Origin: an uncultured Actinomycetota bacterium
Lineage (GTDB): Bacteria; Actinomycetota; Actinomycetes; Actinomycetales; Kineosporiaceae
Direction: 5' to 3'
Length of the DNA: 64,000 bases
Assembly (NCBI GenBank): GCA_963750395.1
Contig: CAVVQM010000009.1
Location: 69,349 to 133,348, forward strand
Below, piece after piece: positions 10,022-19,727 of the stretch. Each line of letters starts with the position of its first letter. The stretch's first letter is position 1. The translations under genes and the position numbers were made by a program. Below the pieces are notes generated by a model. That model was not told the DNA's origin. It saw only the letters and a list, made by a program, of their open reading frames with translations, and made no database searches.

Positions 10022-10720
10022 TCAGTGCAGACCCGTGGTGCGGCAGCGGGCCCCGGCTGCTTCGAGTTGGGTCCCGGTCCGAAGCAGGTCAGCCGCACGC
10101 CTGGTCAGAGCCTCGGCTGAACCGTCGCTCCGGCCGCGCTCCAACTCGTCGGCCAGAACGGCCCACCCGGTGGAGACCACCCGACAGAACGCCGCCGCCC
10201 GTTCCAGGGCCACCCCGAGATCACCGGTGAACGCTCCGGCCAGCACCGCATCGGCAAGCGTCTGGACCTCCTCGGGCCCGGGGGGCTCGCCCACGCCGGC
10301 GACGACCTCGTGGACGGGGGCCCGGTGGCGCCCCACCTCGAAGGCCCGGGCCATCTCCTCGGGGCGCCTGCGGATACCGGCCCGCAGGGCGTAGAGCCTC
10401 CAGAGCGCTCCGGGCAGGGTGTCGGCGGGCCGCTCGGCCCACAAGTGGGCCAGCTCGTCGATGCCGTGCTCGTCCGCGAGGGCGACCAGCCGTGCGGTCT
10501 GCTCGTCGTCACCCTCGCGTCCGTGCCGAACCAGGGCCTCGGCGGTCATGTGCGCCGCCTCGATGAGCTGCGCCGGGTCGGTCGCACCGGCCTGGGCGTC
10601 AGCCGCGGCGGGCGACATGAAGGCCGGCCGTCGCGGGCGCTCCGGTTCGCGCGGGTGCGAAGACATGGGGCCATGGTGACATTCGGCGCAGCTCTGTGCA
10701 CGGGACCGCTCATCGACCAC
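10022..10720 (-). CDS. conserved hypothetical protein
   Basis: This is a clean 232-aa ORF; ATG 10666 is an alternative start. It has coding-like composition (LIEAAHMTAEALVRHGREGDDEQTARLVALADEHGIDELAHLWAERP). I recognise no domain. Confidence 0.55.
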   Translation of the reverse strand: MVDERSRAQSCAECHHGPMSSHPREPERPRRPAFMSPAAADAQAGATDPAQLIEAAHMTAEALVRHGREGDDEQTARLVALADEHGIDELAHLWAERPADTLPGALWRLYALRAGIRRRPEEMARAFEVGRHRAPVHEVVAGVGEPPGPEEVQTLADAVLAGAFTGDLGVALERAAAFCRVVSTGWAVLADELERGRSDGSAEALTRRAADLLRTGTQLEAAGARCRTTGLH

Positions 10721-10827
10721 GTGCCGGTGCCCATGTCCGAATGGCCGTGTCTGAACGCCGCCGCGGCCGGGTGGTGCCGATCCGATGTCGGCACCACCGG
10801 CCGCCGCGTGAATACGGCAGGGCGCTC

Positions 10828-11340
10828 TCAGACGCTGCTGCGACGCTTCGCGGCCGTCCGCTTGGGCTGCGGTCGGGAGGCCGGACGACGCTGCGCGGGG
10901 ACCCTGGCCGAGGTCTTGGCCGAGGGCTTGGCGGCGGGCTTGACCACGCGCTTGGCAGCCGGCTTGGCGGCGGGCTTGACCACGCGCTTGGCGGCGGGCT
11001 TGGCGGCGGGCTTGACCACGCGCTTGGCGGCGGGCTTGACCACGCGCTTGGTAGCGGGCTTGGCAGCCGGCTTGGCCGCACGCTTGGCGGCGGGCTTGGC
11101 CACGCGCTTGGCGGCCGGCTTGGCCACGCGCTTGGCGGCGGGCTTGGCAGCCGGCTTGGCGACGGTGCCGTCCACGATCGCCGCGGTCACCGCGTTGCGG
11201 CGGATCGAGGCGATGCCGTTGAGCGCAGCGGCGCGGGTCACGTACCCCTGCGAGGTCGCGACGACCTGACCGTTGGGCGCGCTCATGATGAACCGGTACT
11301 TGCCGGCCTTGTCCTTGCTGATGGTGAACTTCGCGGGCAT
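10828..11340 (-). CDS. YegP/DUF1508 domain fused to a lysine/alanine/proline-rich histone-H1-like repeat tail
   Basis: The ATG at 11340 is preceded by GGAGG. The N-terminus MPAKFTISKDKAGKYRFIMSAPNGQVVATSQGYVTRAAALNGIASIRRN is a YegP repeat. The C-terminus consists of KPAAK(R/P)(V/A) repeats. Confidence 0.75.
   Translation of the reverse strand: MPAKFTISKDKAGKYRFIMSAPNGQVVATSQGYVTRAAALNGIASIRRNAVTAAIVDGTVAKPAAKPAAKRVAKPAAKRVAKPAAKRAAKPAAKPATKRVVKPAAKRVVKPAAKPAAKRVVKPAAKPAAKRVVKPAAKPSAKTSARVPAQRRPASRPQPKRTAAKRRSSV
10918..11160. repeat. in-frame tandem repeats encoding the AKP tail
   Basis: GGCTTGACCACGCGCTTGGCGGCG and GGCTTGGC units are reiterated. They lie entirely within the 10828-11340 CDS. 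Confidence 0.85.
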
Positions 11341-11434
11341 GGTGCCTCCGTGGTCGGGCGATCGTGGATCGCCTTCTGATACCTCGGCATGACGCCGAGG
11401 CTGCGCCGAGCGGCGCGTCCCGCGTGGGATCGGT

Positions 11435-12121
11435 TCAACTCCACGGGGAGGTCTCCAGGTGTTCGTCGAGGTCTCCGCCCGATGCGCACTGAACACTGCG
11501 GTAGGTGTCGGGCATCTGCGGATAGACCTCGAGCAGGTAGCGCCGGGACAGCTCCTCGGCGTCCTTCGACGAGGCGCCGAGCAGGGCGGCGGTCCATTCG
11601 TCGCGTTGCACCGCAGCGCATTCGGCTGCGGCCTCGTGGCGGAGCCCGGCCATGTGCATGGCCTCGTGAGTGATCACATGGACCGCGATCACCCGGTCCA
11701 GATCCGACGCGTCCCGGTCGGAGGCCACCCAGCCCTGCAGGTCTCGGCAGGTCTGATAGGCGATCGTGGTCCGCGGCTCGGGCTCGCCCTCCTCGGTGAA
11801 CCACACCTGACCGCGGTCGGTGCCGGCGCTCAGCCAGGTCTCGCCGAAGCTCTGACAGTGCACCTCGACCTCGTGTCCGACCAGTCGGGAGGAGGCCTCG
11901 CTCAGCAGGTTCTGCAACTCGTGGTGGCGGATCACGGGGACGGCGAGGATCGCCGAGGCGGTCGCCGGGGCGAGCACCGTCACCATGGGGAAGGCCCGCA
12001 GGCGCCCGACCTCGTCCACACGCGCCAAGGACCAGCGCAGCGTGACGGCGATCGCCGTCCCGGCCAGGCCCATGCACACGAGGAGCAACACACCGCGGCC
12101 ATCGGCACCTGTTCGGCCCAA
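11435..12121 (-). CDS. membrane-anchored putative zinc metallopeptidase (HExxH)
   Basis: There is an N-terminal hydrophobic segment (VLLLVCMGLAGTAIAV), an HEAMH motif (VITHEAMHMAG), and several Cys residues in the predicted extracytoplasmic part. The family is not recognised. Confidence 0.5.
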   Translation of the reverse strand: MGRTGADGRGVLLLVCMGLAGTAIAVTLRWSLARVDEVGRLRAFPMVTVLAPATASAILAVPVIRHHELQNLLSEASSRLVGHEVEVHCQSFGETWLSAGTDRGQVWFTEEGEPEPRTTIAYQTCRDLQGWVASDRDASDLDRVIAVHVITHEAMHMAGLRHEAAAECAAVQRDEWTAALLGASSKDAEELSRRYLLEVYPQMPDTYRSVQCASGGDLDEHLETSPWS

Positions 12122-12163
12122 CTGAAGTCAGCCGGTTGCCGAGCTCACCCGCGGAAGCGAGGT

Positions 12164-13074
12164 TCAGCTCGTGATGTCCTTGCGCAGGAAGTGCCACCAG
12201 GCGACGGTCGAGAGCGCCACGGTGTAGGCCAGAGACCAGAGCCCTCCCTGGACCATGGAGTCCCAGGCGATCTCGGGTGAGAGGACGTCGAGCCAGGCCG
12301 AGGAGTAGTGCGGCGGCAGGATGGTGCGCCAGTCCCCCAGCGCCGTGATCGCGTCCAGGATGTTCATGACGATCACGGTCAGGACGGCGCCGCCGACCGC
12401 GCCCAGCGGGGCGTCGGTGAAGACCCCGAGACAGAACGCCAGGGCCGAGACGAACATCAGGTTCACCGCGATGAAGACCAGTGCGATCGCCAGCCGCTGC
12501 AGCATCGTCGAGGTGGAGACGGTCTGCCCCAACGGTGTCTGCAGCGGCGCCCAGCCGAAGACCGCCCCACCGGCCAGGAAGGCCACGGCCGGGAGCAGGA
12601 CGAGGAGAACAACGAGAAGGCCAGCGCGACAAGCAGCTTGCGCCACAGGAGGATCCCCCGTGGCACCGGTGACGCCAGCAGGTACCTCAGACTCGACCAG
12701 CTCGCCTCGCTGGCCACGGTGTCCCCGGCGAACATGGCGAAGACCACCACGAGCAGGAAGCCGGTGGCCGCGAACAGAACGAACAGGGTGAAGTTCGCCG
12801 CCCCCACCGTGGCGAGCTGGACCAGACCGGGCGCGCCACCGCGGTCTCCGTCGCCGAGGGTGAACGCCCCGGCGAGCAACCACGGCAGCACCACCAGGAG
12901 AACGAAGGTGCCCAGGGTCCGGCGCCGGGACAGCTGGCGGCGCACCTCCACCCGCCACGGCAGGGTCGTCCGCGAGCGGAAGCCGGGCGCGGCGCCGTCC
13001 CGGCCGGTCGGCTCCGGGGGTGCTCCGGCGCCCTCCAGCCCGTGGTGATGACCGCGCTCAGGCATCGCGCTCAC
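12164..13074 (-). pseudogene. ABC-2 type transporter permease with a frameshift near 12620
   Basis: Two overlapping ORFs (12463-13074 and 12164-12958) together give a ~300-aa polytopic protein. Fragments include TLGTFVLLVVLPWLLAGAF, FLLVVVFAMFAGDTVASEASWSSLRYLL, ALVFIAVNLMFVSALAFCLGVF and VIVMNILDAI. The start overlaps the stop of the upstream ATPase gene. Confidence 0.75.
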
Positions 13075-15791
13075 CGACCAGCGCCAGGAACGCCTGCTCC
13101 AGCCCGCGGACCGGGGCGACGCGCTCGACGTCCAGGCCCGCCTCGACCAGCGCCCGGACCAGCACGGAACGCGGTGTGCCGACCAGTTCGAGGCGCACCC
13201 CGCCGTCCACGATCTCGATCGCGGTCGCCCCGGCCACCCCGGCGGCCACCTCGGCGGCTCGTACTGGATCGTTCACCTCGACCTGCAGACCGGTCGCGGC
13301 GCCGACCAGGTCGGCAACCCTGCCGGAGGCGACCACATCGCCGTGATGCATGACCACGACGTGGCTGCACGTCTGTTCGACCTCGGAGAGCAGGTGACTG
13401 GAGACCAGCACCGTGCGGCCCGACTCCGCATACCGGGCCAGCACCTCTCGCATCTCCCCGATCTGTGGCGGGTCCAGCCCGTTGGTGGGCTCGTCGAGCA
13501 CCAGCAGGTCGGGCAGGCCGAGCATCGCCTGGGCGATGGCCAGCCGCTGCCGCATGCCCTGGCTGTAGGTGCGAACGGTGCGGTCCAGGTCGGCGCCGAG
13601 CCCGGCGACCTCCAGCGCCTCATCGACGTACGCCGCGGTCGGGGGTCGCCCCGTGGCCGCCCAGAACAACTCCAGATTGCGCCGCCCGCTCGCGTGCGGC
13701 AGGAAGCCGGGGCCCTCGACGAAGGCGCCGACCCGCGACAGCACCGGGGCCCCCGGGCCGGCGGGATGGCCGAAGATCTCGATCCGGCCCGCGGTGGGCC
13801 GGATCAGTCCCAGCACCATGCGCAGCAGCGTGGTCTTGCCCGCGCCGTTGGGTCCGAGCAGGCCGAGAACCATGCCGGGCTCGACCTGCAGCGAGACGTC
13901 CCGGACCGCCTGGAACCCGTTGCCGTACACCTTCGCCGCCCCCGTGACCACCAGGGGCATCGCGCCGTCCCCGGCGGCGCCATGCTCCTCGGCGCGCCGC
14001 GTCGAACGTCCGGCCACGCGGCGCGCGTACCACCAGAGCCCGGCGGCCGCCGCGACCGCAGCCGCGATCAGGGCCAACGCCCACGGCAGGAACCGCGCCG
14101 GGCCGGCCGCGTTCAGCGTGCGCAGCTGCGGGGTCGGGACGACGAGCCCGGAGGCGGCCTGCACCCGATAGGTCGCCGGGGCGGCCGCCGAGAAGTAGGC
14201 CAGGTCGCTGGCCGCGACGGCGACGCGCAGCCGGTGGCCGGCCGGGATGTCGCGGACGATCTGCGGCAGTCTCACCTGGACCGGGCCGCGCCTCGCCCAC
14301 GACCCTGACCGGGGCCACCAGGCCTGCGGGCAGCGTGGCGCCGCCGTCCTGGGCGACGTCCTGCAGGCTGACGAACAGGGTGGCTGCGACCGGCAGGGCG
14401 CCGCCGTCGAGCCCGGAGATCGTCAGCGAGACGCGGCCCGAGCCGACGATCCGCAGTGTCTGGTCCAGCGGCTCCGAGTCGAACACGGCCACCTGGCCCG
14501 GCGGCATGGCGGGAGAACCGGGTGAGGCCTCGACGGAGGTGCGCCCGCTGCGCAGCCCTGGCACCACGGTGAGCGCGGCCGGCCAGTCACCGGCCGGACG
14601 GCGGATGGTCTGGGGCTGCCCGGTCAGCGCGATCTGCTGTTCGGTGGGCGGGGCGCCGTCCAGGCCGGGCTCGGCCGAGGCACCCCTGATCGTCGCCGCG
14701 GGATCGCTGTCCTGGGTCGAGACGGCCGACGACGGCACGCTCACCTGAAAGCCTGTGTCGAGCGATTCCGCCGCAGCCGATCCCCGGAGGTAGTGGTCGA
14801 ACCAGTCCAGGGTCAGTCCCCGGAGCCGGTCGGTCTCGTCGGGGCCTCCGTCGTGCCCGGACTGGGACCAGACCACCGAGACCGGCGTGCCGACCCGGGT
14901 GAGCGCCTCGGCCGTTGCATCGGCCTCGGAGAGCGGGAACAGCGAGTCCACCTGCCCCTGGATCAGCAGGGTGGGCGCGGTGACGTCGGGCAGCAGCGAC
15001 GCCGGCCCGGCCCCGGCGAGCAGGTCGAGCATCGTCTGGTCGGCCCGGCCGGTCACCGCGACCTCCTGGTAGGCGCGGCACAGTTCAGCCACCACCCGGC
15101 CACATGCGGTCGACGGCACCCCTGGGAGGGAGGGCTGTGGACCGAAGAACACCGCTGACCACGCCTTCTTGAAGACGCCGCCGCCGAGGCCTGCCTCATC
15201 GCCGGCCACGGTCGACTGCGGAAAGAGCACCCGCCTCAGGTCGTTCCAGGTGATCTGCGGAACGATGGCGTCGATCCGGGGGTCGGTCCCGGCCAGCGAC
15301 AACGCGAGCGCCCCGCCGTAGGAGGCGCCGGCGACGCCGACCCGGGGATCGCCGTCGCCGTCCTTGAGGACCTGCGGACGCTCACTCAACAGGTCGACCA
15401 ACCGGCGGGCGTCGGCGACCTCGTAGTCCGGCGAGTTGAGGTGCACCAGCCCGCCGCTGGTGCCGAAACCCCGCGCCGTCCACGTCGCCACCACGTAGCC
15501 CTCTCGGGCCAGTTGGAGCGCCTGGGTCCGCACGCTGTCCAGGGTGGCGCCGTAGCCGTGGGCGAGCAGGACGGCGGGAGCCGGCTCCTCGCCGTCCGGG
15601 AAGTAGAGGCGGGTATCGAGTCCGACATCCTGGGCGCTCCCGCCGGGCAGTGGCTCGGGGACGCCGGTCAGACGCAGATCCTCGGTGCGCACGACCGGGT
15701 CGCGGGTGAGCACCGCGGCGGCGCCGGTGCCACCGGCCAACGCCAGGGCCAGGACGGCTGCGGTGGCCCGCCGCCCACGGAGACGACGCAC
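13058..15791 (-). pseudogene. secreted alpha/beta hydrolase (CocE/NonD, S15-like) - TM helix - ABC transporter ATPase fusion, with one frameshift near 14280
   Basis: GTG 15791 opens a signal/anchor (RRATAAVLALALAGGTGAAAV). The hydrolase part shows HGYGAT, the nucleophile elbow GVAGASYGGALAL, and the PepX_C-type AGHRLRVAVAASD. The same frame continues without a stop through a TM segment (FLPWALALIAAAVAAAAGLWWYA) into an ABC NBD with GPNGAGKTT, YSQGMRQRLAIAQAM and LLVLDEPTNGLD. Confidence 0.75.
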
Positions 15792-15792
15792 G

Positions 15793-16635
15793 TCAGCCCA
15801 CGGGCGCGGCGGTGGGGGTCGGGTCGGCGGGCGCGGTGTCCGTCGAGCCGGTGTCCGTCGAGCCGGTGTCCGTCGAGTCGGTGAACGTCGAGGAGGAGTC
15901 GACAGGCACGCTCGCGGCCGGATCGGTCTGATCCGACGGCGTGACCTCCGAGGAGTCCTGCGTGTCCGTGACGTCGGTGGAAGCCGACTCCGTCGGGGTG
16001 CCGTCGGGGCTGGAATCACCGCCCACGTTGCCCTGGAGGACCCGGCCGAGGGTGGTACCGCCGCCCGAGCTGTCGCCGGAACCGGAGACCGGTTGATCGA
16101 TGAGCACTTCCAGGACGAAGACCGTCACCATCACGAGGAGGAACAGTCCGACACTGGCCAGAGCCCACACCCGCCAGCTCCAGGCCGACGGACGACGGCT
16201 CGGTGCCGCCGAGCCCTCGTCCGGCTGATCGCCGGCCTGATCAACCGCCTGATCAACCGGCTGGTCGGCCTCGTCGTCGGCCGGCTGATCGACCGTTTCG
16301 TCGGGCGAGGCGCCCAGCTGATCGACCGTTTCCTCGGACGACGAGCCCGGCTGCCGGGCCGAGAGGGGGAACCGGGTGGTGGCCAGTCGCTCGCGGGTCT
16401 GCACGACGGTGCGGCCGGCATGTTCCAGGGAACGGGTGTAGAGCGCGGCGGCCGACGCGCTGGCCACGGATCCGAAGGCGGCGCCGATGAGGGTACCGAC
16501 GACCCCGAGCCGCGAGGCGACCAACGTGGTCGTCATGGCGGCCAGAGCGCCGCTGATCAACTGCCGATACGTCAGCCCCAAGAAGGCAGTCTTGGCGGGA
16601 GGGGGCTCGGTCGTCGCGGTCATCGAGGCCATCAT
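15793..16635 (-). CDS. membrane protein with acidic and Thr/Ser-rich low-complexity regions
   Basis: The ORF is 280 aa with two hydrophobic segments (LISGALAAMTTTLVASRLGVVGTLIGAAFG and VWALASVGLFLLVMVTVFVL). It contains DQPVDQAVDQAGDQP and STDTGSTDTGSTDT repeats. The stop abuts the start of the hydrolase gene. Confidence 0.5.
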   Translation of the reverse strand: MMASMTATTEPPPAKTAFLGLTYRQLISGALAAMTTTLVASRLGVVGTLIGAAFGSVASASAAALYTRSLEHAGRTVVQTRERLATTRFPLSARQPGSSSEETVDQLGASPDETVDQPADDEADQPVDQAVDQAGDQPDEGSAAPSRRPSAWSWRVWALASVGLFLLVMVTVFVLEVLIDQPVSGSGDSSGGGTTLGRVLQGNVGGDSSPDGTPTESASTDVTDTQDSSEVTPSDQTDPAASVPVDSSSTFTDSTDTGSTDTGSTDTAPADPTPTAAPVG

Positions 16636-16659
16636 CCCACCCGCTGCCAGACTGGGCGG

Positions 16660-17721
16660 GTGCTACACGCAAAGAGCCCGAGGGAGGCGGCCCACTGCCT
16701 GATCGAGGGCGGGTTGGTGGGACTGCCCACCGAGACCGTGTACGGCCTGGCCGCGGACGCCGAGAACCCGCAGGCGGTGTCCCGGATCTACGCGATCAAG
16801 GGACGCCCCGCCGACCACCCGGTGATCGTCCACGTGGGCTCGGCAGAAGCCCTGGCCCCCTCCGCGGGATGGGTGCGGGACCTGCCCGACTACGCCGGCC
16901 GGCTCGCCGAGGAGTTCATGCCCGGCCCTCTCACGCTGGTCCTGCCGCGGGGAGGGCGGGCCGGCGACTGGGTCACCGGCGGACTGGACAGCGTGGGGAT
17001 GCGGGTACCTGCGCATCCGGTCGCCGCCCGCGTCCTGTCCGCGTTCGCCGAGCTGTCCGGACGGACCAACGTGGGGCTCGCCGCGCCCTCCGCGAACCGG
17101 TTCGGCCGGGTCAGCCCGACGCGGGCGGACGACGTGATCAAGGAACTGGGCGCGCAGCTGGTGCCGGGTCGGGACTGCCTGCTGGACGGCGGGGCCAGCC
17201 GGGTCGGCGTCGAGTCGACGATCATCGACTGCACCGGGCCGCTGCCGGTGCTGCTGCGGCCGGGCTCGATCGGCGTCGATGAGGTCGAGCGGGCGGGCGG
17301 CGTGAGACCCCAGGCCCCCCGGCGACCGGTTCGGGCGCCCGGCTCCCTGGCGGCGCACTACGCCCCCCGAACGAGGGTGCTCATCGCCCGGGACGCGGAC
17401 GACGTGCGGCGCCTGCTCGGTGATGTCGATCAGGTGCGCGCCGGGCTGCTGGCGCCGCAGCAGGTCCCGACGCCCGCGGGTGTGGTCCGCCTGTCGGCGC
17501 CGGCGGGGGCGCCGGCCTTCGCGCAGGCCCTGTACGCCAGCCTGCGGGAGGCGGACGCGTTCGAGCTGGACCTGGTGGTCGTCCTGGCACCCGAGGACCC
17601 GGGGCACCCCGGGCTCGTCACCGCGATCGGCGACCGGCTACGGCGCGCGGCCGTGGGCTCGGGCGGCCTCAGCCGGACGGCGAGACCGGCGGAACCGTTG
17701 GATCGCTCTTCGGCGGACTAG
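16660..17721 (+). CDS. tsaC: L-threonylcarbamoyladenylate synthase (Sua5/YwlC/TsaC, long form)
   Basis: The YrdC domain shows GLPTETVYGLAADAENPQAVSRIYAIKGRPADHPVIVHV, PGPLTLVL and VGMRVPAHP, followed by a Sua5 C-terminal domain. The GTG start at 16660 was chosen because upstream codons are antisense to the 15793-16635 gene. Confidence 0.85.
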   Translation: MLHAKSPREAAHCLIEGGLVGLPTETVYGLAADAENPQAVSRIYAIKGRPADHPVIVHVGSAEALAPSAGWVRDLPDYAGRLAEEFMPGPLTLVLPRGGRAGDWVTGGLDSVGMRVPAHPVAARVLSAFAELSGRTNVGLAAPSANRFGRVSPTRADDVIKELGAQLVPGRDCLLDGGASRVGVESTIIDCTGPLPVLLRPGSIGVDEVERAGGVRPQAPRRPVRAPGSLAAHYAPRTRVLIARDADDVRRLLGDVDQVRAGLLAPQQVPTPAGVVRLSAPAGAPAFAQALYASLREADAFELDLVVVLAPEDPGHPGLVTAIGDRLRRAAVGSGGLSRTARPAEPLDRSSAD

Positions 17722-18823
17722 GGACGACGGGTGGTGGCTCGGCTGGGGCTGGGGCCGGCGGCTTCGGGGTCGGTGGCTTCGGGGTCGGCGGGGTGCTGGG
17801 GGGCGTGGGTGTCGGCTGCTTCGTCACGGTCGGGGTCGCGCTCGGTGCGGTCGACGCCTTGGGCGAGGGGGCGACGGACTTGCTCGGCGTGGGCGCCTTG
17901 GTGGCCTTGGGCGTCGTGACCGGGCTGATCACCCTCGGAGTCGTCCTTGTGCCGGGCGTGCGGGCCGGGGCGAGGTCAACGGTCCGGGTCGCGGCCGCCG
18001 CACCGACCGCAGCCGCCGCTCCGGAGGGGCTGAGCGACGCCCCCGGGCTGGCGGCACCGTCCACGGTGGAGCCGTCGGTGGGAGTGACCTGCTCGCCCGT
18101 CTGATCGGAGCCGTTGGTGCCGAGTTCGACCCGGAAGACGCCCGGATCGTTGAGGCTGGTGACGACGACCGCGCCGGCGACCCCGATCGCCGCAGCGGCA
18201 CAGGCCGCGACCAGGGCGAGCCGTCCGACGTTGCGCCGCTCGGCAGGTTGGTCCGAGGCCACCCAGCCCGCCGAGAAGGAACCGGCCGCGGGCGATGCCA
18301 CCCCGTCGTCCGACCCGCCGCCCAGGAGCCGGACCGAGGCCTGTTCCGGAGCGGGGGCGCGGCGGCCCCTCTGCGCGGCCAGGTCCATCGTGACCAGCCG
18401 GCCCCGCGGGTCGCCGCCCGCCTCGGGCTCCGACGGTGCTGGAGGCTGCGGCGCGGCCGGTGGCTGGAAGACCTCTGGGGCCGGGGCGACCTGCGGCGGC
18501 GGGTCGATGAGCGAGATCGGTGAGGTCGGCGGCGCCGGGTAGGGGATGTCCTGCCACACGCCATGCCCGGACTCGGTGCGTCCGGACTCGGTGCGCTCGA
18601 GGGCGCTGAGATCGACGGTGTGCGGCGCCTGAACCGTCTGCTGGGTGCCGCCCCCCGGCGAGGTGGTCTGGAACCAGGGCGAGCGGACGCCGCCCGAAAG
18701 GGTGTCGTCGGGCCGGTCGGCGACCACGGCGAAGGGGTCCGAGCCCGCGCCGCCTCGTGGGGCGAACGGGTTGGCCGAATCGGACGGCTCACCAGGATCG
18801 GTCGTAGCGCGCGCACCGAACAT
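17669..18823 (-). CDS. proline-rich single-pass membrane protein
   Basis: The start is ATG 18823. One TM segment is present (LALVAACAAAAIGVAGAVVVT). The C-terminus is a PTP/PKP-rich low-complexity tail. The 3' end overlaps tsaC convergently. Confidence 0.5.
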   Translation of the reverse strand: MFGARATTDPGEPSDSANPFAPRGGAGSDPFAVVADRPDDTLSGGVRSPWFQTTSPGGGTQQTVQAPHTVDLSALERTESGRTESGHGVWQDIPYPAPPTSPISLIDPPPQVAPAPEVFQPPAAPQPPAPSEPEAGGDPRGRLVTMDLAAQRGRRAPAPEQASVRLLGGGSDDGVASPAAGSFSAGWVASDQPAERRNVGRLALVAACAAAAIGVAGAVVVTSLNDPGVFRVELGTNGSDQTGEQVTPTDGSTVDGAASPGASLSPSGAAAAVGAAAATRTVDLAPARTPGTRTTPRVISPVTTPKATKAPTPSKSVAPSPKASTAPSATPTVTKQPTPTPPSTPPTPKPPTPKPPAPAPAEPPPVVPSPPKSDPTVPPVSPSG

Positions 18824-19046
18824 GTCGACCAAGTACGCCTCCTTCCAACGCCGAGGACACGTCGCCCTGTGAAGAACTGCCCCACACGGTAGGCCACCCG
18901 GGCAAGGGCGTGGCGTGTCTTGACGTACCTTGACCTGCACTTGAACTTGCCATGTGGCTGTCACGATGCAGGGCTTCGTCCGGTTTTGCTTCGAGTGCAC
19001 CTGACGATTCACCCGAGCGGACGATCAACCGTTCATCCGATCCTGG

Positions 19047-19585
19047 TCAGCCCGGCGTGTCGGCCCGTCGGGTGAGGAGAACGTCGTCCGGAGTCCGGGC
19101 CCGCAGCGGCAGCAGATCGATCGGAACGAGGTCGATCTCGACCCCCAGAGCGCTACACAGCGCCAGCCGTTGATTCATGGTCAAGCGCTCGACGCCTTCC
19201 ACGACCAGTTCCAGGTGTGAGTTCCACCGCTCCTCGCCGTCGCCACTGGCCCACTCACCCAGATCCTGCCCACGCCCTTCTCCTCGGCGACGGCCAGGAG
19301 GGCATCGCGCGCGGCGACCACCACCTCACCGATCGGACCCGACATCTGGATCCCGAGCGGGTCGGGTCGGAACAGGCGCAGTTCGACGCAGTAGCCGGCA
19401 CCTGCGACCAGGCGCTGAAGGGTGACCACGCTCGGCTGTCGCCGTCCGCGTTCCACCTCGCTGACCACCGTGCGCGCCACGCACGCCCGATCGGCCAACT
19501 CCGCCTGGGTCATGTCGCTGTTGTGGCGAGCACGGCGCACGATGTCAGCCGCCGTGGTGAGCCGCTCCTCGGCCGTCCGCGTCAT
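19047..19585 (-). pseudogene. XRE-family HTH fused to a nucleotidyltransferase (MNT-like) domain, with a frameshift near 19250
   Basis: The HTH reads MTQAELADRACVARTVVSEVERGRRQPSVVTLQRLV. After the shift the frame reads WASGDGEERWNSHLELVVEGV...DLVPIDLL up to a TGA at 19047. That is the GS-x-ARG...D-x-D pattern of minimal NTases. Confidence 0.6.
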
Positions 19586-19727
19586 GACCGCCGACGCTAG
19601 GCGACCCGGATCCCTCGAATCAGCTTATCCACAGCCCGATGGCTGTCCGGCCGTGTGGCACCCGCGGCAGTGCCAGCGCGACGTCGCCCGCCGACATGAC
19701 CATCGAGCGCGCGGGTTGGCTGACTTC

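Noticed and set aside
10918-11160. Possible CRISPR array or other non-coding repeat array. The same question applies to 9609-9670, 7869-7991, 55036-55245 and 58637-58693.
   Set aside because: The repeats are directly tandem with no unique spacers. Their periods are multiples of 3 or they are very short. They lie in frame inside ORFs, and no cas genes are present.
13620-16019. A 799-aa ORF that looks like a single large protein.
   Set aside because: It is a chimera of three parts. The first ~76 codons overlap the upstream gene. The middle is the true hydrolase frame. Everything after about 14280 is out-of-frame read-through across the ABC ATPase, whose real sequence lies in ORF 13058-14275.
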